Assembly (NCBI RefSeq): GCF_045037415.1
Contig: NZ_CP173438.1
Source: Escherichia coli
Lineage (GTDB): Bacteria; Pseudomonadota; Gammaproteobacteria; Enterobacterales; Enterobacteriaceae
Direction: 5' to 3' (one strand)
Length of the DNA: 64,000 nt
Made by a program: the position numbers and the translations under genes. Within the stretch, counting starts at the first letter, position 1. Each line of letters opens with the position of its first letter. The notes beneath the pieces were generated by a model, which saw only the letters and a program-made list of their open reading frames with translations, was not told where the DNA came from and made no database searches. This document shows, one piece after another, positions 48,302 to 59,052 of the stretch.

Positions 48302-48373
48302 TCAAGAGCAAATTCTGTCACTTCTTCTAATGAAGTGAACCGCTTAGTAACAGGACAGATTCCGCATGACTGA
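48287..48373 (+). CDS. uof: fur leader peptide (28 aa)
   Basis: ORF MIRIISRANSVTSSNEVNRLVTGQIPHD* ending just inside the fur start; below ORF-track cutoff. Confidence 0.7.
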   Translation: MIRIISRANSVTSSNEVNRLVTGQIPHD

Positions 48374-48812
48374 TAACAATACCGCCCTAAAGAAAGCTGG
48401 CCTGAAAGTAACGCTTCCTCGTTTAAAAATCCTGGAAGTTCTTCAGGAGCCGGACAACCATCACGTCAGTGCGGAAGATTTATACAAACGTCTGATCGAT
48501 ATGGGTGAAGAAATTGGTCTGGCTACGGTATATCGCGTACTGAACCAGTTTGACGACGCTGGTATCGTCACCCGCCACAATTTTGAAGGCGGTAAATCCG
48601 TATTTGAACTGACACAGCAACATCACCACGATCACCTGATCTGCCTCGACTGCGGTAAGGTTATCGAATTTAGTGATGATTCCATCGAAGCGCGTCAGCG
48701 TGAAATCGCCGCAAAACATGGCATTCGCCTGACTAACCACAGTCTCTATCTTTACGGTCACTGTGCCGAAGGCGATTGCCGCGAAGATGAGCACGCGCAC
48801 GAAGGCAAATAA
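48366..48812 (+). CDS. fur: ferric uptake regulator
   Basis: 148 aa; MTDNNTALKKAGLKVTLPRLKILEVL N-terminus; HHHDH and CxxC metal sites. Confidence 0.97.
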   Translation: MTDNNTALKKAGLKVTLPRLKILEVLQEPDNHHVSAEDLYKRLIDMGEEIGLATVYRVLNQFDDAGIVTRHNFEGGKSVFELTQQHHHDHLICLDCGKVIEFSDDSIEARQREIAAKHGIRLTNHSLYLYGHCAEGDCREDEHAHEGK

Positions 48813-48826
48813 GCCAGCCTGAACGA

Positions 48827-48856
48827 GAAAAGCCAACCTGCAGGTTGGCTTTTTTA
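48827..48856 (+). terminator. Intrinsic terminator downstream of fur
   Basis: aaaagccaacctg-caggttggctttttt: perfect hairpin followed by a T-run. Confidence 0.75.
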
Positions 48857-48895
48857 TACAAGGGAAATAAGAAAAGCGAGAGTTACAGCTCTCAC

Positions 48896-49222
48896 TTATT
48901 TGTTATTACTGCGAATTTCCTGCCAGACCTTATCACAATCGGCTTTCACCGCCTGATCATTTCCGGTTTGCGTTGCCTGAATGCACTGCTGATAATCCAG
49001 TACGCGGACACTTTCCTGCTCGGCAAACTGCTGATGTTGTTTCTCTTTCTTCAGCACGTTTAACACGCTCTGGCAGGCTTCAATTTTTTCCGGCGAACCT
49101 TGCGCGGTGTTGATACAGGCGCTGTAAGCCTCTTTCAGACGACTGTCTTCCTGTGGCGCGGTTGATTGCGCACAAGCCACCAGCCCCGATGCCATCATGG
49201 CGATGAGAATCAGTTTTTTCAT
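48896..49222 (-). CDS. chiQ: small lipoprotein co-transcribed with the chitoporin
   Basis: 108 aa; lipobox MKKLILIAMMASGLVAC. Confidence 0.85.
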   Translation of the reverse strand: MKKLILIAMMASGLVACAQSTAPQEDSRLKEAYSACINTAQGSPEKIEACQSVLNVLKKEKQHQQFAEQESVRVLDYQQCIQATQTGNDQAVKADCDKVWQEIRSNNK

Positions 49223-49271
49223 AGCAAATTCCTCAAACGTGCGGCAGGCACAAAACCTGCCGCATCGGGCA

Positions 49272-50678
49272 TCAGAAGATGGTGAATGGTGCGATTACCA
49301 TAAATTTCACGTCACGCTCATCCTGGAAGATGTTGCCATAACCACCGCCCCAGCTTGGGATGTCGGAGTGGTTGTCGTATTCGGTGAAGTGCAGTTTGAA
49401 CATCGTGCCTTTGGCGCGGCCGTCCTGAATGGTGTAGACCGCATCCAGGCTGTAGGCAGACTCTTCAATAGTCCGGTTTTTGTCGTAGTACGCATCCGGA
49501 TTGCTCTGCCAGGTAGCGGGTTTAGCATCCCATGCGTAAACGTAGGAGGCGCCGATGGCAAAACCTGGAAGATTCCAGTTTTTCAGGTCATACATCGCGC
49601 CGAAGAAGACCGCTTTTTCGCCGTTGGCGTTGAAGTCAGAACGGTTATCCCACCAGATATCCAGGCGACCGTTCGAGGAAGCGTAGGTTGGTGTCATACG
49701 TTGCAGGAAGTATCCCTGCTGACCGTCGGCTTTAACCCAGGTGCCTTCCAGACGCAAATCCACTACGTCAGCCGCCCGGTAACCAAAGGTCAACGCCTGC
49801 AGCCAGGCGGTGCCGTCATAAAGATCGTTGGCGCTGCGATCGTCAACTTTATCGCGCGTGCCATAGAACTGGTAGCTGGTGGTTAACGGGCTACCGGCGA
49901 TATCAAATTTGTAGCTGGCTTTGGCAAAATATTGATCGATATACCCTTCGGCCTGACCAAACGCCGCTTCCAGTACGAAGTTATTTTTGAAGTCGTACTT
50001 CGCCCCAAGGGAGTGTAGATAATCAACTTTGGTGGTTTTATCGTTCTGATAAAACTCATCCATTTCCAGATGCCACGGTGCTTTGTATTCGTTGGTCCAC
50101 ATGTAGGAGAAACTCAACGCACCAGCATCGCCGTAATCAAAATTCGCCCCGGCCTCCGCCCCCTGATAAGTACCCGGCATAAAGCTCCAGTGTGGCGCTA
50201 ACAGCGTCTGACCGGTTGGCTGAATATAACCTGCCCTCGCCCAAACCGGACCGTATTTAAATTTGGCCGCTGCTTTATACAGGCTTATACCGCTTTTATC
50301 GCCGGACCAGTCTTCGTCATAGGCTTTATTACTTTTTGAAAACGCGATTTCGTTCGGGTGAGAGCTGTCGCCGTTTTCCGCCATTTCAATCGCCGTAAAC
50401 GCGGCAATATCAAGGCCGAACATATCAGCAGCATAACCAGACTGAAAATCGAGGTTGGCGTTCCAGGTGGAGTGAGAAAGGTTGGTTTTGTATTTATCGC
50501 CGTCGGTAACATCTTTACGGTCGCGTTCACGCTGCCAGTAATAGATACCGCCGGTTAAGGTTGAATCGTCGATGAATCCTTCGGCGCGAGCCTCCGGAAT
50601 TGCCATAAAGCCCGACATAGCTGTAACACCGGCGATAGCCAGCGCCAGCGTACTACGTTTGCCACTAAACGCACGCAT
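49272..50678 (-). CDS. chiP: chitooligosaccharide-specific outer-membrane porin (OprD family)
   Basis: 468 aa; signal peptide; C-terminal aromatic residue typical of beta-barrels. Confidence 0.9.
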   Translation of the reverse strand: MRAFSGKRSTLALAIAGVTAMSGFMAIPEARAEGFIDDSTLTGGIYYWQRERDRKDVTDGDKYKTNLSHSTWNANLDFQSGYAADMFGLDIAAFTAIEMAENGDSSHPNEIAFSKSNKAYDEDWSGDKSGISLYKAAAKFKYGPVWARAGYIQPTGQTLLAPHWSFMPGTYQGAEAGANFDYGDAGALSFSYMWTNEYKAPWHLEMDEFYQNDKTTKVDYLHSLGAKYDFKNNFVLEAAFGQAEGYIDQYFAKASYKFDIAGSPLTTSYQFYGTRDKVDDRSANDLYDGTAWLQALTFGYRAADVVDLRLEGTWVKADGQQGYFLQRMTPTYASSNGRLDIWWDNRSDFNANGEKAVFFGAMYDLKNWNLPGFAIGASYVYAWDAKPATWQSNPDAYYDKNRTIEESAYSLDAVYTIQDGRAKGTMFKLHFTEYDNHSDIPSWGGGYGNIFQDERDVKFMVIAPFTIF

Positions 50679-51030
50679 GGGTTAATCCTCTTTGACGTAT
50701 AAATTGCTGCACCAAAGGTGAACAGCGAAAAAAATAAAAATTAAAAAAGTAGCGTTGAGAAAAGTCTCGCTGACTACAGGAACAGACTATTTTTCGCGAC
50801 GCGAATTATCAATCTCTTTCTGTAACCAGAATGTAAGAACATGAGCAACCGCACATATTTTGATGATTTTTGTTACAAGGCTTAAGTTTGCAGTTGAAAG
50901 GCTTGCAGAAGAATAAAAACGTGAAATTCCAGCAAGATGAAAGCGGTTACATTTTATTTAATTATGTTTTGTGATTTTAAATTTATTTTATGGATAAATT
51001 GCGAAGCGGAATTAATTCGCGAAGAAAAGC

Positions 51031-51058
51031 AGAAAAAAACGCCGCAGAGCGCGGCGTT
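51031..51058 (-). terminator. Intrinsic terminator downstream of glnS
   Basis: aacgccgc-agag-gcggcgtt hairpin with a U-run on the minus strand. Confidence 0.6.
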
Positions 51059-51080
51059 TGGGATAATTTGCATATTTCTT

Positions 51081-51110
51081 GCCGGATGCGGCGTAAACGC
51101 TCTATCCGAC
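51081..51110. repeat. REP-like palindromic element
   Basis: gccggatgcggcgtaaacgctctatccgac resembles the REP consensus. Confidence 0.4.
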
Positions 51111-51119
51111 AACGTAAAC

Positions 51120-52784
51120 TTACTCGCCTACTTTCGCCCAGGTATCACGCAGCCCAACGGTGCGGTTAAATACCGGTTTTTCCGCCGTAGAATGGCGGCT
51201 GTCGAGGCAGAAGTAACCTTCACGCTCAAACTGGAATGCTTTACCCGCAACCGCATCTTTCAGCGACGGTTCAGCAAAGCCCTGTTTGATCACCAGCGAT
51301 TCCGGGTTAATCACCGACAGGAAATCATCCGCAGCACCAGGGTTCGGCACGCTGAACAGACGGTCATACAAACGGATTTCAACCGGCAGCGCATGTGCCG
51401 CGCTCACCCAGTGAATAACACCTTTGACTTTACGACCATCTGCCGGATCTTTGCTTAAGGTGTCGGCGTCATAAGTACAGAAGATGGTGGTGATATTGCC
51501 TTCGGCATCTTTCTCCACGCGTTCTGCCTTAATGACGTAAGCATTACGCAGACGCACTTCTTTACCCAGCACCAGACGTTTGTACTGCTTGTTAGCTTCT
51601 TCGCGGAAATCGGCGCGATCGATCCAAATCTCACCGCTAAATGGCACCTGACGGCTGCCCATTTCCGGTTTATTCGGATGGTTCGGCATGGTAACCATTT
51701 CGCCTTCGCCCTGGTAGTTTTCGATAACCAGTTTCACCGGATCGATAACCGCCATTGCGCGCGGCGCATTTTCGTTGAGATCTTCACGGATGCAGGATTC
51801 CAGTGACGCCATCTCAATGGTGTTGTCCTGCTTGGTCACACCAATGCGTTTGCAGAACTCACGAATAGAAGCCGCAGTGTAACCACGACGACGCAGACCA
51901 GAAATGGTCGGCATACGCGGGTCATCCCAGCCTTCAACGTGCTTGTCGGTCACCAGCAGGTTCAGCTTACGCTTGGACATCACAGTGTATTCCAGATTCA
52001 GGCGCGAGAATTCGTACTGGCGCGGGTGAACAGGAATGGTGATGTTGTCCAGTACCCAGTCGTACAGACGACGGTTGTCCTGGAACTCAAGCGTACACAG
52101 AGAGTGCGTAATACCTTCCAGCGCATCGCTGATGCAGTGGGTGAAGTCGTACATCGGGTAGATGCACCACTTGTTGCCAGTCTGGTGGTGTTCAGCAAAC
52201 TTAATGCGGTACAGCACCGGATCGCGCATCACGATAAACGGCGAAGCCATGTCGATTTTCGCACGCAGGCAGGCTTTACCTTCTTCAAAACCGCCGGTAC
52301 GCATTTTCTCGAACAGCGCCAGGTTCTCTTCAACGCTGCGATCGCGGTACGGGCTGTTTTTACCCGGCTGCGTCAAGGTGCCGCGGTATTCGCGGATCTG
52401 TTCCGGCGTCAGTTCATCAACGTACGCCAGGCCTTTATTGATCAGTTCGATCGCATAGGCGTGGAGCTGATCAAAATAATCGGAGGAGTAACGGACGTTA
52501 CCAGACCAGTGAAAACCTAACCACTCTACGTCGTTTTTGATCGAATCGACATACTCGATATCTTCTTTTACCGGGTTAGTGTCGTCGAAACGCAGGTTGC
52601 ACTGGCCTTTATAGTCCTGGGCGATCCCGAAGTTCAGGCAGATAGATTTCGCATGGCCAATATGCAGATAGCCATTCGGCTCCGGCGGGAAACGGGTGTG
52701 TACTGTGGTGTGCTTACCACTGGCCAGATCTTCATCGATGATCTGACGGATAAAGTTAGTCGGGCGGGCTTCTGCCTCACTCAT
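51120..52784 (-). CDS. glnS: glutaminyl-tRNA synthetase
   Basis: 554 aa; class I HIGH motif ([14 protein letters not shown]) and MSK motif. Confidence 0.97.
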   Translation of the reverse strand: MSEAEARPTNFIRQIIDEDLASGKHTTVHTRFPPEPNGYLHIGHAKSICLNFGIAQDYKGQCNLRFDDTNPVKEDIEYVDSIKNDVEWLGFHWSGNVRYSSDYFDQLHAYAIELINKGLAYVDELTPEQIREYRGTLTQPGKNSPYRDRSVEENLALFEKMRTGGFEEGKACLRAKIDMASPFIVMRDPVLYRIKFAEHHQTGNKWCIYPMYDFTHCISDALEGITHSLCTLEFQDNRRLYDWVLDNITIPVHPRQYEFSRLNLEYTVMSKRKLNLLVTDKHVEGWDDPRMPTISGLRRRGYTAASIREFCKRIGVTKQDNTIEMASLESCIREDLNENAPRAMAVIDPVKLVIENYQGEGEMVTMPNHPNKPEMGSRQVPFSGEIWIDRADFREEANKQYKRLVLGKEVRLRNAYVIKAERVEKDAEGNITTIFCTYDADTLSKDPADGRKVKGVIHWVSAAHALPVEIRLYDRLFSVPNPGAADDFLSVINPESLVIKQGFAEPSLKDAVAGKAFQFEREGYFCLDSRHSTAEKPVFNRTVGLRDTWAKVGE

Positions 52785-53003
52785 CGTGGATTCCTCAAAG
52801 CGTAAACAACGTATAACGGCGTATGATCTTATAAGCGGGACAGGCTGACAACTGTTAGTTAGCGAAAAAATGGTTTTGCGTAAGATATTGGGGCGTTTTC
52901 TGCGCTACTGCCAGCAGATCCTCGCGCTGGAAACGTAAGGCCAAACGTCGCCAGCCTGACGCATTTATTAAATTTCCGGATGAGCTGGCCGCAGAGTCGT
53001 AGA

Positions 53004-53765
53004 TTAGTCGGCTATGATTAAACGCGTCGACAAGGACGCAAGCGTTCTACGCGTCTGCCCATCAAGCTGACTATCCGTAATAATCTCTGTCAGTTCATTA
53101 AGATGCGCGATATTAAACAGCGACCATGAACCGTATTTTGAGCTGTCAGCCAGGAGAATTTTGCGCGAAGCATGCGCGATAAGATCGCGTTTTAGTGCGG
53201 CTTTCTCTTCCGTGGGTGCTGTAATACCCTTTTCAAGATCCCAGCTGTTACAGCTTAAAAATGCCACGTCCGGCCAGGTATTTTGCAGCAATTTACGACC
53301 ATGTTCGCCAATGCAGGACTGGCTGGAGTCGTCAATACGTCCGCCGATAATCGTCACTTCAATTTGCTTGAATTCAGCCAAAAAAAGCGCGATATGCAGG
53401 TCGCTTGTGATCACGCGAAGCGGTAAATGTGTAATCTGCCGCGCAAGTTCAATCATTGTCGTACCGGCATCAAGGACGACGGAATCCCCCGCTTTGACCA
53501 TTGACGCCGCTGCGCTGGCGATGGCATGTTTTTCCGCCAGGCTGCGCTGCATTTTCTCATGGGTAGTCGGTTGGGTAGGAATAAACCGGTTGAGAGTCAC
53601 ACCGCCGTGTGTACGGCTGATAACACCCTGCTCATCGAGTTTTATCAGGTCTCGACGAATCGTAGCCGGCGACGCATTGGTTACCGCCACCAGCTCATCT
53701 ACGGTGACCAGATTATGGCTTTTCAGGTAATCCATGATCTGCTCTAACCGGTTATATCCCTTCAT
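53004..53765 (-). CDS. DeoR-family transcriptional regulator
   Basis: 253 aa; N-terminal HTH ([17 protein letters not shown]) and C-terminal sugar-phosphate sensor domain. Confidence 0.85.
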   Translation of the reverse strand: MKGYNRLEQIMDYLKSHNLVTVDELVAVTNASPATIRRDLIKLDEQGVISRTHGGVTLNRFIPTQPTTHEKMQRSLAEKHAIASAAASMVKAGDSVVLDAGTTMIELARQITHLPLRVITSDLHIALFLAEFKQIEVTIIGGRIDDSSQSCIGEHGRKLLQNTWPDVAFLSCNSWDLEKGITAPTEEKAALKRDLIAHASRKILLADSSKYGSWSLFNIAHLNELTEIITDSQLDGQTRRTLASLSTRLIIAD

Positions 53766-53766
53766 T

Positions 53767-54753
53767 TTATTCTCGCGAAATCTGCATTGCTAACTGGATG
53801 GAAACTGCCATGCTCTCAGACTTGGCTTTTCCTGTCCAGGCAATATCAAACGCGGTGCCGTGGTCGGCAGAAGTGCGAATAAATGGCAACCCGGCGGTGA
53901 TATTCACCCCATCATAAAATCCAAGCAGTTTTAAAGGGATATGCCCCTGATCGTGGTACATAGCCACTACCATATCGAATAGCCCTTCATGGCATTGCAT
54001 AAACACGGTATCTGGCGGGCACGGGCCAGTAACATCAATATCTTCGGCCTGCATTGCTTCAATCGCAGGCGCGATAATCTCGATTTCCTCAGTGCCGAAT
54101 AAACCATGTTCCCCTGCATGTGGATTTACACCCGCCACGGCAATACGCGGACGCTCAATACCAACACGTTTCAGGAAGTGGTTCGCAACTCGAATAACCG
54201 TTTTGACCCTTTCACCATTCAAAGTATCCAGGAATTTACGCAGTGAGATGTGAGTCGAAATATGGATAACCTTGAGCTTCTCGGTATAGAGCACCATCGC
54301 GTACTCTTTGCTGCCGGTAAGATGGGCCAGCAATTCCGTATGCCCCGGATAGTTATGCCCGCCAAGATGCAGCGCTTCTTTATTCAGCGGCGCAGTGGCT
54401 ATGGCTTTCACCTCGCCTGATAAGGCCAGAGCCGTTGCACGTTTGATACAGCGATACGCTAAATCGCCTGCCACAGCCTGTACCACTCCGGGTGTCAGCG
54501 CATCGGGGTTAGCCAGCGGCTCATCCATCACGTTAATCACGCCGGGAGCAAAATGGGCGTCGCACACCTTTTGAATGACGCGTAACTCTGCCTGCGGCGT
54601 GATATTCATCGCCATAATACGTCGCAGCGTGCGCACACAGCCCACCACCACCACCGGGGCACCAGCAAGCCCGGCTTCGCTCAGGGATTTAATAATGATC
54701 TCCGGGCCAATACCCGCCGGATCGCCCATCGTTACCGCAATAATATTATTCAC
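53767..54753 (-). CDS. PdxA-family NAD-dependent dehydrogenase (PdxA2-like, 4-phospho-hydroxy-acid oxidative decarboxylase type)
   Basis: 328 aa; [21 protein letters not shown]-terminus typical of PdxA; 8-nt overlap with the upstream kinase. Confidence 0.85.
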   Translation of the reverse strand: MNNIIAVTMGDPAGIGPEIIIKSLSEAGLAGAPVVVVGCVRTLRRIMAMNITPQAELRVIQKVCDAHFAPGVINVMDEPLANPDALTPGVVQAVAGDLAYRCIKRATALALSGEVKAIATAPLNKEALHLGGHNYPGHTELLAHLTGSKEYAMVLYTEKLKVIHISTHISLRKFLDTLNGERVKTVIRVANHFLKRVGIERPRIAVAGVNPHAGEHGLFGTEEIEIIAPAIEAMQAEDIDVTGPCPPDTVFMQCHEGLFDMVVAMYHDQGHIPLKLLGFYDGVNITAGLPFIRTSADHGTAFDIAWTGKAKSESMAVSIQLAMQISRE

Positions 54754-55984
54754 TACGCTTCTCCTCGATAAAATTCAGAACCTGATGCAACGTGGTCTCA
54801 TCGCCAAACCCACCGGCTTTCGTCATCACCGAACGGGACCAGACGCCGCCCAGAAAGTGACCGTATGGAACGCATTGCGCCACCTTCCCCGTAATACGAA
54901 ATCCGGTCGCGCCTAACGCACTGGCTGTTGCCATTGCGACATCACCACCAGAGAGATAAAGCGCATCGGGCATTGCGCAAAGCAGAACTTGCCGGGTAAG
55001 TTCGCCAAGAAACCGGCAAATTTTTTCCCCAAGTGCAGCGCGACTCATCTGCCAACGCTGGCAAAGGGTGTCGATCTGATGCCTTGCTACAGAATCGTTA
55101 CAGGTGTGGACAATACAGTGGTCGCCTTTCTGCAAGGCCTGCACAATACGCGCGTCATAGTCACTGGCATTGCCTGCCAGAATGTGTTCAACATCGACGT
55201 ATATCTGTGTGATACGTGGGTGTGAATGAAGTGTGGCGATCTGCCGTTGAGCGATTTCGCTCATTGAACCAATAATGGCCAGCACGGTGGGTGGCGGCAT
55301 AATCGCGGAGCGCCGGGCAACGGCATCACAAATACCAGCGGAGCCGACCAGCAGCAGCGGTTGTTTAGCCTGCATCACAGCGGCAGCGATGCGATCCAGG
55401 TCGCTGTCCGTCTGCGCATCTATCACGCCAATCCACGGTTGCTCATAAGACAAATGGCTGAGCTGAGAAACCGTAACGGGCTGGCATGGAATGGCCGTCT
55501 GCAACCGGATGATGTCCGCAATTCGGGCGCTCAATACCGGGGTTTTCGGATCGCTAGCAAACTCGGTTTCCGTTATCCGCACACCGTTTACCCAACACTC
55601 ACCGGCCACTGTGGTCCTTCCCGCCTGAGGAAATGCGGGGGCAACCACTGCGCCCGTTATACCGCATGCCTTCATCAGGGCTTCAATTTCTGCGCCGATA
55701 TTGCCTCGCAGCGTGGAATCTATCTTTTTAATCACGAGCGGCGGGTTATTCGCCAGAGGGAGATGACTCATCAGCGAGGTTATTTTCATCGCCGCCAGCT
55801 TAGGATCCATCGCCCGACTGTCGCTGTTAATCACCCATACGCTGGCATCACCGCGATAAGGCATTTCAAAGGCCACATCAACTGTATGCCCCACCTGCGC
55901 CAGGCTTACCCCCGCGTCGTTGGCTCCCGTGAAATCATCGGCAACGATGAGAATGCTCGGCTTAGTGATTCCCTTTTCCATCAT
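54746..55984 (-). CDS. DUF1537-family four-carbon acid-sugar kinase
   Basis: ORF-track frame to 56023 (TTG); start placed at tandem Met MMEKGITKPSILIVADDFTGANDAG, typical of the family. Confidence 0.8.
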   Translation of the reverse strand: MMEKGITKPSILIVADDFTGANDAGVSLAQVGHTVDVAFEMPYRGDASVWVINSDSRAMDPKLAAMKITSLMSHLPLANNPPLVIKKIDSTLRGNIGAEIEALMKACGITGAVVAPAFPQAGRTTVAGECWVNGVRITETEFASDPKTPVLSARIADIIRLQTAIPCQPVTVSQLSHLSYEQPWIGVIDAQTDSDLDRIAAAVMQAKQPLLLVGSAGICDAVARRSAIMPPPTVLAIIGSMSEIAQRQIATLHSHPRITQIYVDVEHILAGNASDYDARIVQALQKGDHCIVHTCNDSVARHQIDTLCQRWQMSRAALGEKICRFLGELTRQVLLCAMPDALYLSGGDVAMATASALGATGFRITGKVAQCVPYGHFLGGVWSRSVMTKAGGFGDETTLHQVLNFIEEKRSE

Positions 55985-56019
55985 CACTCCAGGTTGTTTT
56001 ATGATAACAATGATTATAT

Positions 56020-56033
56020 TCAATCATGATTGA
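56020..56033. promoter_or_regulatory. Perfect 14-bp palindrome TCAATCA|TGATTGA, candidate operator
   Basis: Located about 35 bp upstream of the kinase start in the divergent intergenic region. Confidence 0.4.
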
Positions 56034-56116
56034 TTAAATGTGAGCAAGCTCAAGTTATTAATCACTCGAATAAATTATAAAATTAGACCATGTTACGTAG
56101 GCTACGGCATTTTGAA

Positions 56117-56132
56117 TGATTGAATTCAATCA
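56117..56132. promoter_or_regulatory. Perfect 16-bp palindrome TGATTGAA|TTCAATCA, candidate operator
   Basis: Same half-site as 56020..56033 in opposite arrangement; about 20 bp upstream of the Fe-ADH start. Confidence 0.4.
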
Positions 56133-56150
56133 CCAGAAGAGAGGTTATTT

Positions 56151-57308
56151 GTGGTAATTATCAATAGCACGATACTGAGCGGCGCAGGCGCTATCCCTTC
56201 CCTGACGTCGCTCTTACCCGACATCAGAAAAATGCTGCTGGTCACTGACCGTAATATTGCGCAGCTCGACGGTGTGCAGCAGATTCGCGCCTTACTGGAA
56301 AAGCACTGCCCGCAGGTTAACGTTATCGATAATGTGCCCGCAGAGCCCACGCATCATGATGTGCGCCAGCTAATGGATGCCCTTGGCGATGCCTCTTTTG
56401 ATGTGGTGGTCGGGATCGGCGGTGGCAGCGTGTTGGATGTGGCGAAGCTGCTATCGGTGCTTTGCCATCCACAATCACCGGGGCTGGATGCGCTGCTTGC
56501 GGGTGAAAAACCGACTCAGCGGGTGCAATCATGGTTGATTCCTACAACCGCCGGAACCGGCTCAGAAGCCACGCCGAATGCGATTCTGGCAATCCCTGAG
56601 CAAAGCACGAAGGTGGGTATTATTTCCCAGGTGCTGTTACCAGACTATGTGGCGCTTTTCCCGGAACTGACCACCAGTATGCCCGCGCATATTGCGGCGT
56701 CCACGGGCATTGATGCTCTTTGCCACTTACTGGAGTGTTTTACCGCGACCGTGGCAAATCCGGTCAGCGATAACGCGGCGCTGACTGGGTTAAGTAAACT
56801 TTTCCGGCACATTCAACCCGCCGTGAACGATCCTCAGGATCTGCGCGCAAAACTGGAAATGCTGTGGGCGTCTTACTATGGCGGCGTAGCGATAACCCAT
56901 GCGGGCACGCATCTCGTTCATGCGCTCTCCTACCCGTTAGGTGGCAAATATCATCTGCCGCATGGCGTCGCGAATGCCATCTTGCTGGCGCCGTGCATGG
57001 CGTTTGTTCGCCCCTGGGCGGTCGAGAAATTTGCCCAGGTCTGGGATTGCATTCCCGATGCGGAAACCGCCCTGAGCGCGGAAGAAAAATCTCATGCCCT
57101 GGTGACCTGGTTACAGGCATTAGTCAATCAACTCAAGCTACCCAACAATCTCGCGGATCTCGGCGTACCGCCAGAGGATATTGCCTCTCTGAGCGAGGCG
57201 GCACTGAACGTGAAGCGCCTTATGAACAATGTGCCGTGCCAGCTTGATCTACAGGACGTACAGGCCATTTACCAAACACTGTTTCCGCAACATCAATTTA
57301 AGGAATAA
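56151..57308 (+). CDS. iron-containing (group III) alcohol dehydrogenase
   Basis: 385 aa; GTG start with GAGAGG Shine-Dalgarno; GGGSVLD and metal-binding His motifs. Confidence 0.85.
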   Translation: MVIINSTILSGAGAIPSLTSLLPDIRKMLLVTDRNIAQLDGVQQIRALLEKHCPQVNVIDNVPAEPTHHDVRQLMDALGDASFDVVVGIGGGSVLDVAKLLSVLCHPQSPGLDALLAGEKPTQRVQSWLIPTTAGTGSEATPNAILAIPEQSTKVGIISQVLLPDYVALFPELTTSMPAHIAASTGIDALCHLLECFTATVANPVSDNAALTGLSKLFRHIQPAVNDPQDLRAKLEMLWASYYGGVAITHAGTHLVHALSYPLGGKYHLPHGVANAILLAPCMAFVRPWAVEKFAQVWDCIPDAETALSAEEKSHALVTWLQALVNQLKLPNNLADLGVPPEDIASLSEAALNVKRLMNNVPCQLDLQDVQAIYQTLFPQHQFKE

Positions 57309-57311
57309 ATC

Positions 57312-58199
57312 ATGCCGAAAACCATTGAAGGTGTATTAACCGCTATCGTCACCCCGTTTACCGCGACCGGCAGTCTGAATATCCCGGCGTTAAAAGTGCA
57401 GGTGAATCGTCAACTGGAAGCGGGTAACGCGATTTTTTGCGGCGGCACCAACGGCGAGTTTTTTGTGTTGAATGAACAGGAGAAGCTCAGCGTTACGCAA
57501 ACCTGCGTGGATGAAGTGGCTGGTCGTGCGCCAGTCGTGGCACACATTGGCGAGATCTCTACGCGCGAAACGATTCGTCTGGGTCAGCAGATTGAAAAAC
57601 TTGGCGTAGATGCCGTGTCGGTCATTGCCCCTTACTTCGTACCGCTGAAACAGGAAGAGTTGATTGCGCATTACAGCGCAATTGCCGACACACTGAGCAT
57701 TCCGATGTTTCTCTATAACATCCCGGCCCGCACTGGCAATACGATCCAGCCAGAAACCGCGCGTGCTCTGGCGTCGCACCCCAATATCATTGGGATTAAA
57801 GACAGCGACGGAAGCGACGAAAGCCTGAAGGGTTTTCTCGATGCGGTGCGCGACATTGACGGCTTTAATGTGCTCAACGGCCCGGATTCGCTGATCCATA
57901 AAGGGTTTGTCGAGGGATGTTCAGCCTGTATCTCTGGGCTCGCCAACGTCGCGCCGCGAGAAATCAATGCCATCTGGTCTCGCTTCCATGCCGGTGATAT
58001 TGAAGGGTCTTATGAAGCACAGGAGAGTGTAACGGGCCTGCGTACCGATCTTTATAAAGTAGCATTCTCCCCGGCTGCGGTGAAAAAAGCGTTGCAGCTT
58101 ATGGGGCATGATGTTGGTGATAGCCGCTACGCGGTTAATTTCACGCCTGAACAGATCAGCGAGATTCAACAAATTATTCGTCATTATAACATTAATTAA
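57312..58199 (+). CDS. DapA/NanA-family class I aldolase (pyruvate-lyase type)
   Basis: 295 aa; GTNGEF motif, Schiff-base lysine in IIGIKDS, Tyr in LYNIP. Confidence 0.85.
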   Translation: MPKTIEGVLTAIVTPFTATGSLNIPALKVQVNRQLEAGNAIFCGGTNGEFFVLNEQEKLSVTQTCVDEVAGRAPVVAHIGEISTRETIRLGQQIEKLGVDAVSVIAPYFVPLKQEELIAHYSAIADTLSIPMFLYNIPARTGNTIQPETARALASHPNIIGIKDSDGSDESLKGFLDAVRDIDGFNVLNGPDSLIHKGFVEGCSACISGLANVAPREINAIWSRFHAGDIEGSYEAQESVTGLRTDLYKVAFSPAAVKKALQLMGHDVGDSRYAVNFTPEQISEIQQIIRHYNIN

Positions 58200-58258
58200 A
58201 TTAACTCTATTATCCAGCCCGCTATAAAGTTTAGATAAAGAGAATAAAGGATTACCCC

Positions 58259-59017
58259 ATGTTTTTGTGGTTTATGCAGCCAGATATCTGGCTCACTTTA
58301 ATTACCCTCACCTTTCTGGAAATTATTCTTGGGGTGGATAATATTATTTTTCTTTCACTGGTGGTGGCAAAACTTCCGTTATCACAACAAAATATGGCGC
58401 GTAAACTGGGTTTAAGCTGCGCGATGATTATGCGGATATTATTGCTGATATCCATTGCGTGGCTTTCACATATTACCCAGCCGCTTTTTACCGTGCTGAC
58501 GCTGGAGATTTCGTTCCGCACGTTGATTCTGCTCGGGGGCGGGCTGTTCCTGATTTATAAAGCGATACAGGAGATACGCGAAGAGCTGTCGCCCGCGCAG
58601 GAAGACGAACATGGCAGCGGATCGCGGCAACTGTCGTTGTGCGGTGCCATTGTACAGATAATGCTGCTCGATATCGTGTTTAGCCTGGATTCGGTGATCA
58701 CCGCCGTCGGCCTTTCTCAGCATATATTTATCATGATTGCCGCCGTAATGATTGCCGTCGGTGTCATGATGTTTGCGGCGAAAACAATTGGTGATTTCGT
58801 TAACGCCACGCCGTCAATAAAAATACTGGCGTTAACCTTTTTATTGTTTGTCGGTGTATTGCTGGTTGCCGATAGTCTCAACATTCATATTGCCAAAGAG
58901 TATCTCTACTTCGCGATATTTTTCTCATTAAGTGTTGAGACACTCAATATTATCCGTGAAAGAAAAAATAAAAAAGTTTCGACATTGATCGAAACGCATG
59001 AATCGCACTCGCATTAA
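58259..59017 (+). CDS. TerC-family integral membrane protein (YgdQ-like)
   Basis: 252 aa; LGVDNIIFLSLVVAKLP and QIMLLDIVFSLDSVITAVGL motifs. Confidence 0.8.
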   Translation: MFLWFMQPDIWLTLITLTFLEIILGVDNIIFLSLVVAKLPLSQQNMARKLGLSCAMIMRILLLISIAWLSHITQPLFTVLTLEISFRTLILLGGGLFLIYKAIQEIREELSPAQEDEHGSGSRQLSLCGAIVQIMLLDIVFSLDSVITAVGLSQHIFIMIAAVMIAVGVMMFAAKTIGDFVNATPSIKILALTFLLFVGVLLVADSLNIHIAKEYLYFAIFFSLSVETLNIIRERKNKKVSTLIETHESHSH

Positions 59018-59052
59018 TAAATCTATTACCAACTTTAAGATGGAGTCTAACT

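Noticed and set aside
50937-51458. 173-aa plus-strand ORF spanning the chiP-glnS spacer and the glnS 3' end
   Set aside because: It crosses the glnS terminator and a REP element and runs antisense into glnS; no ribosome-binding site or recognisable domain.
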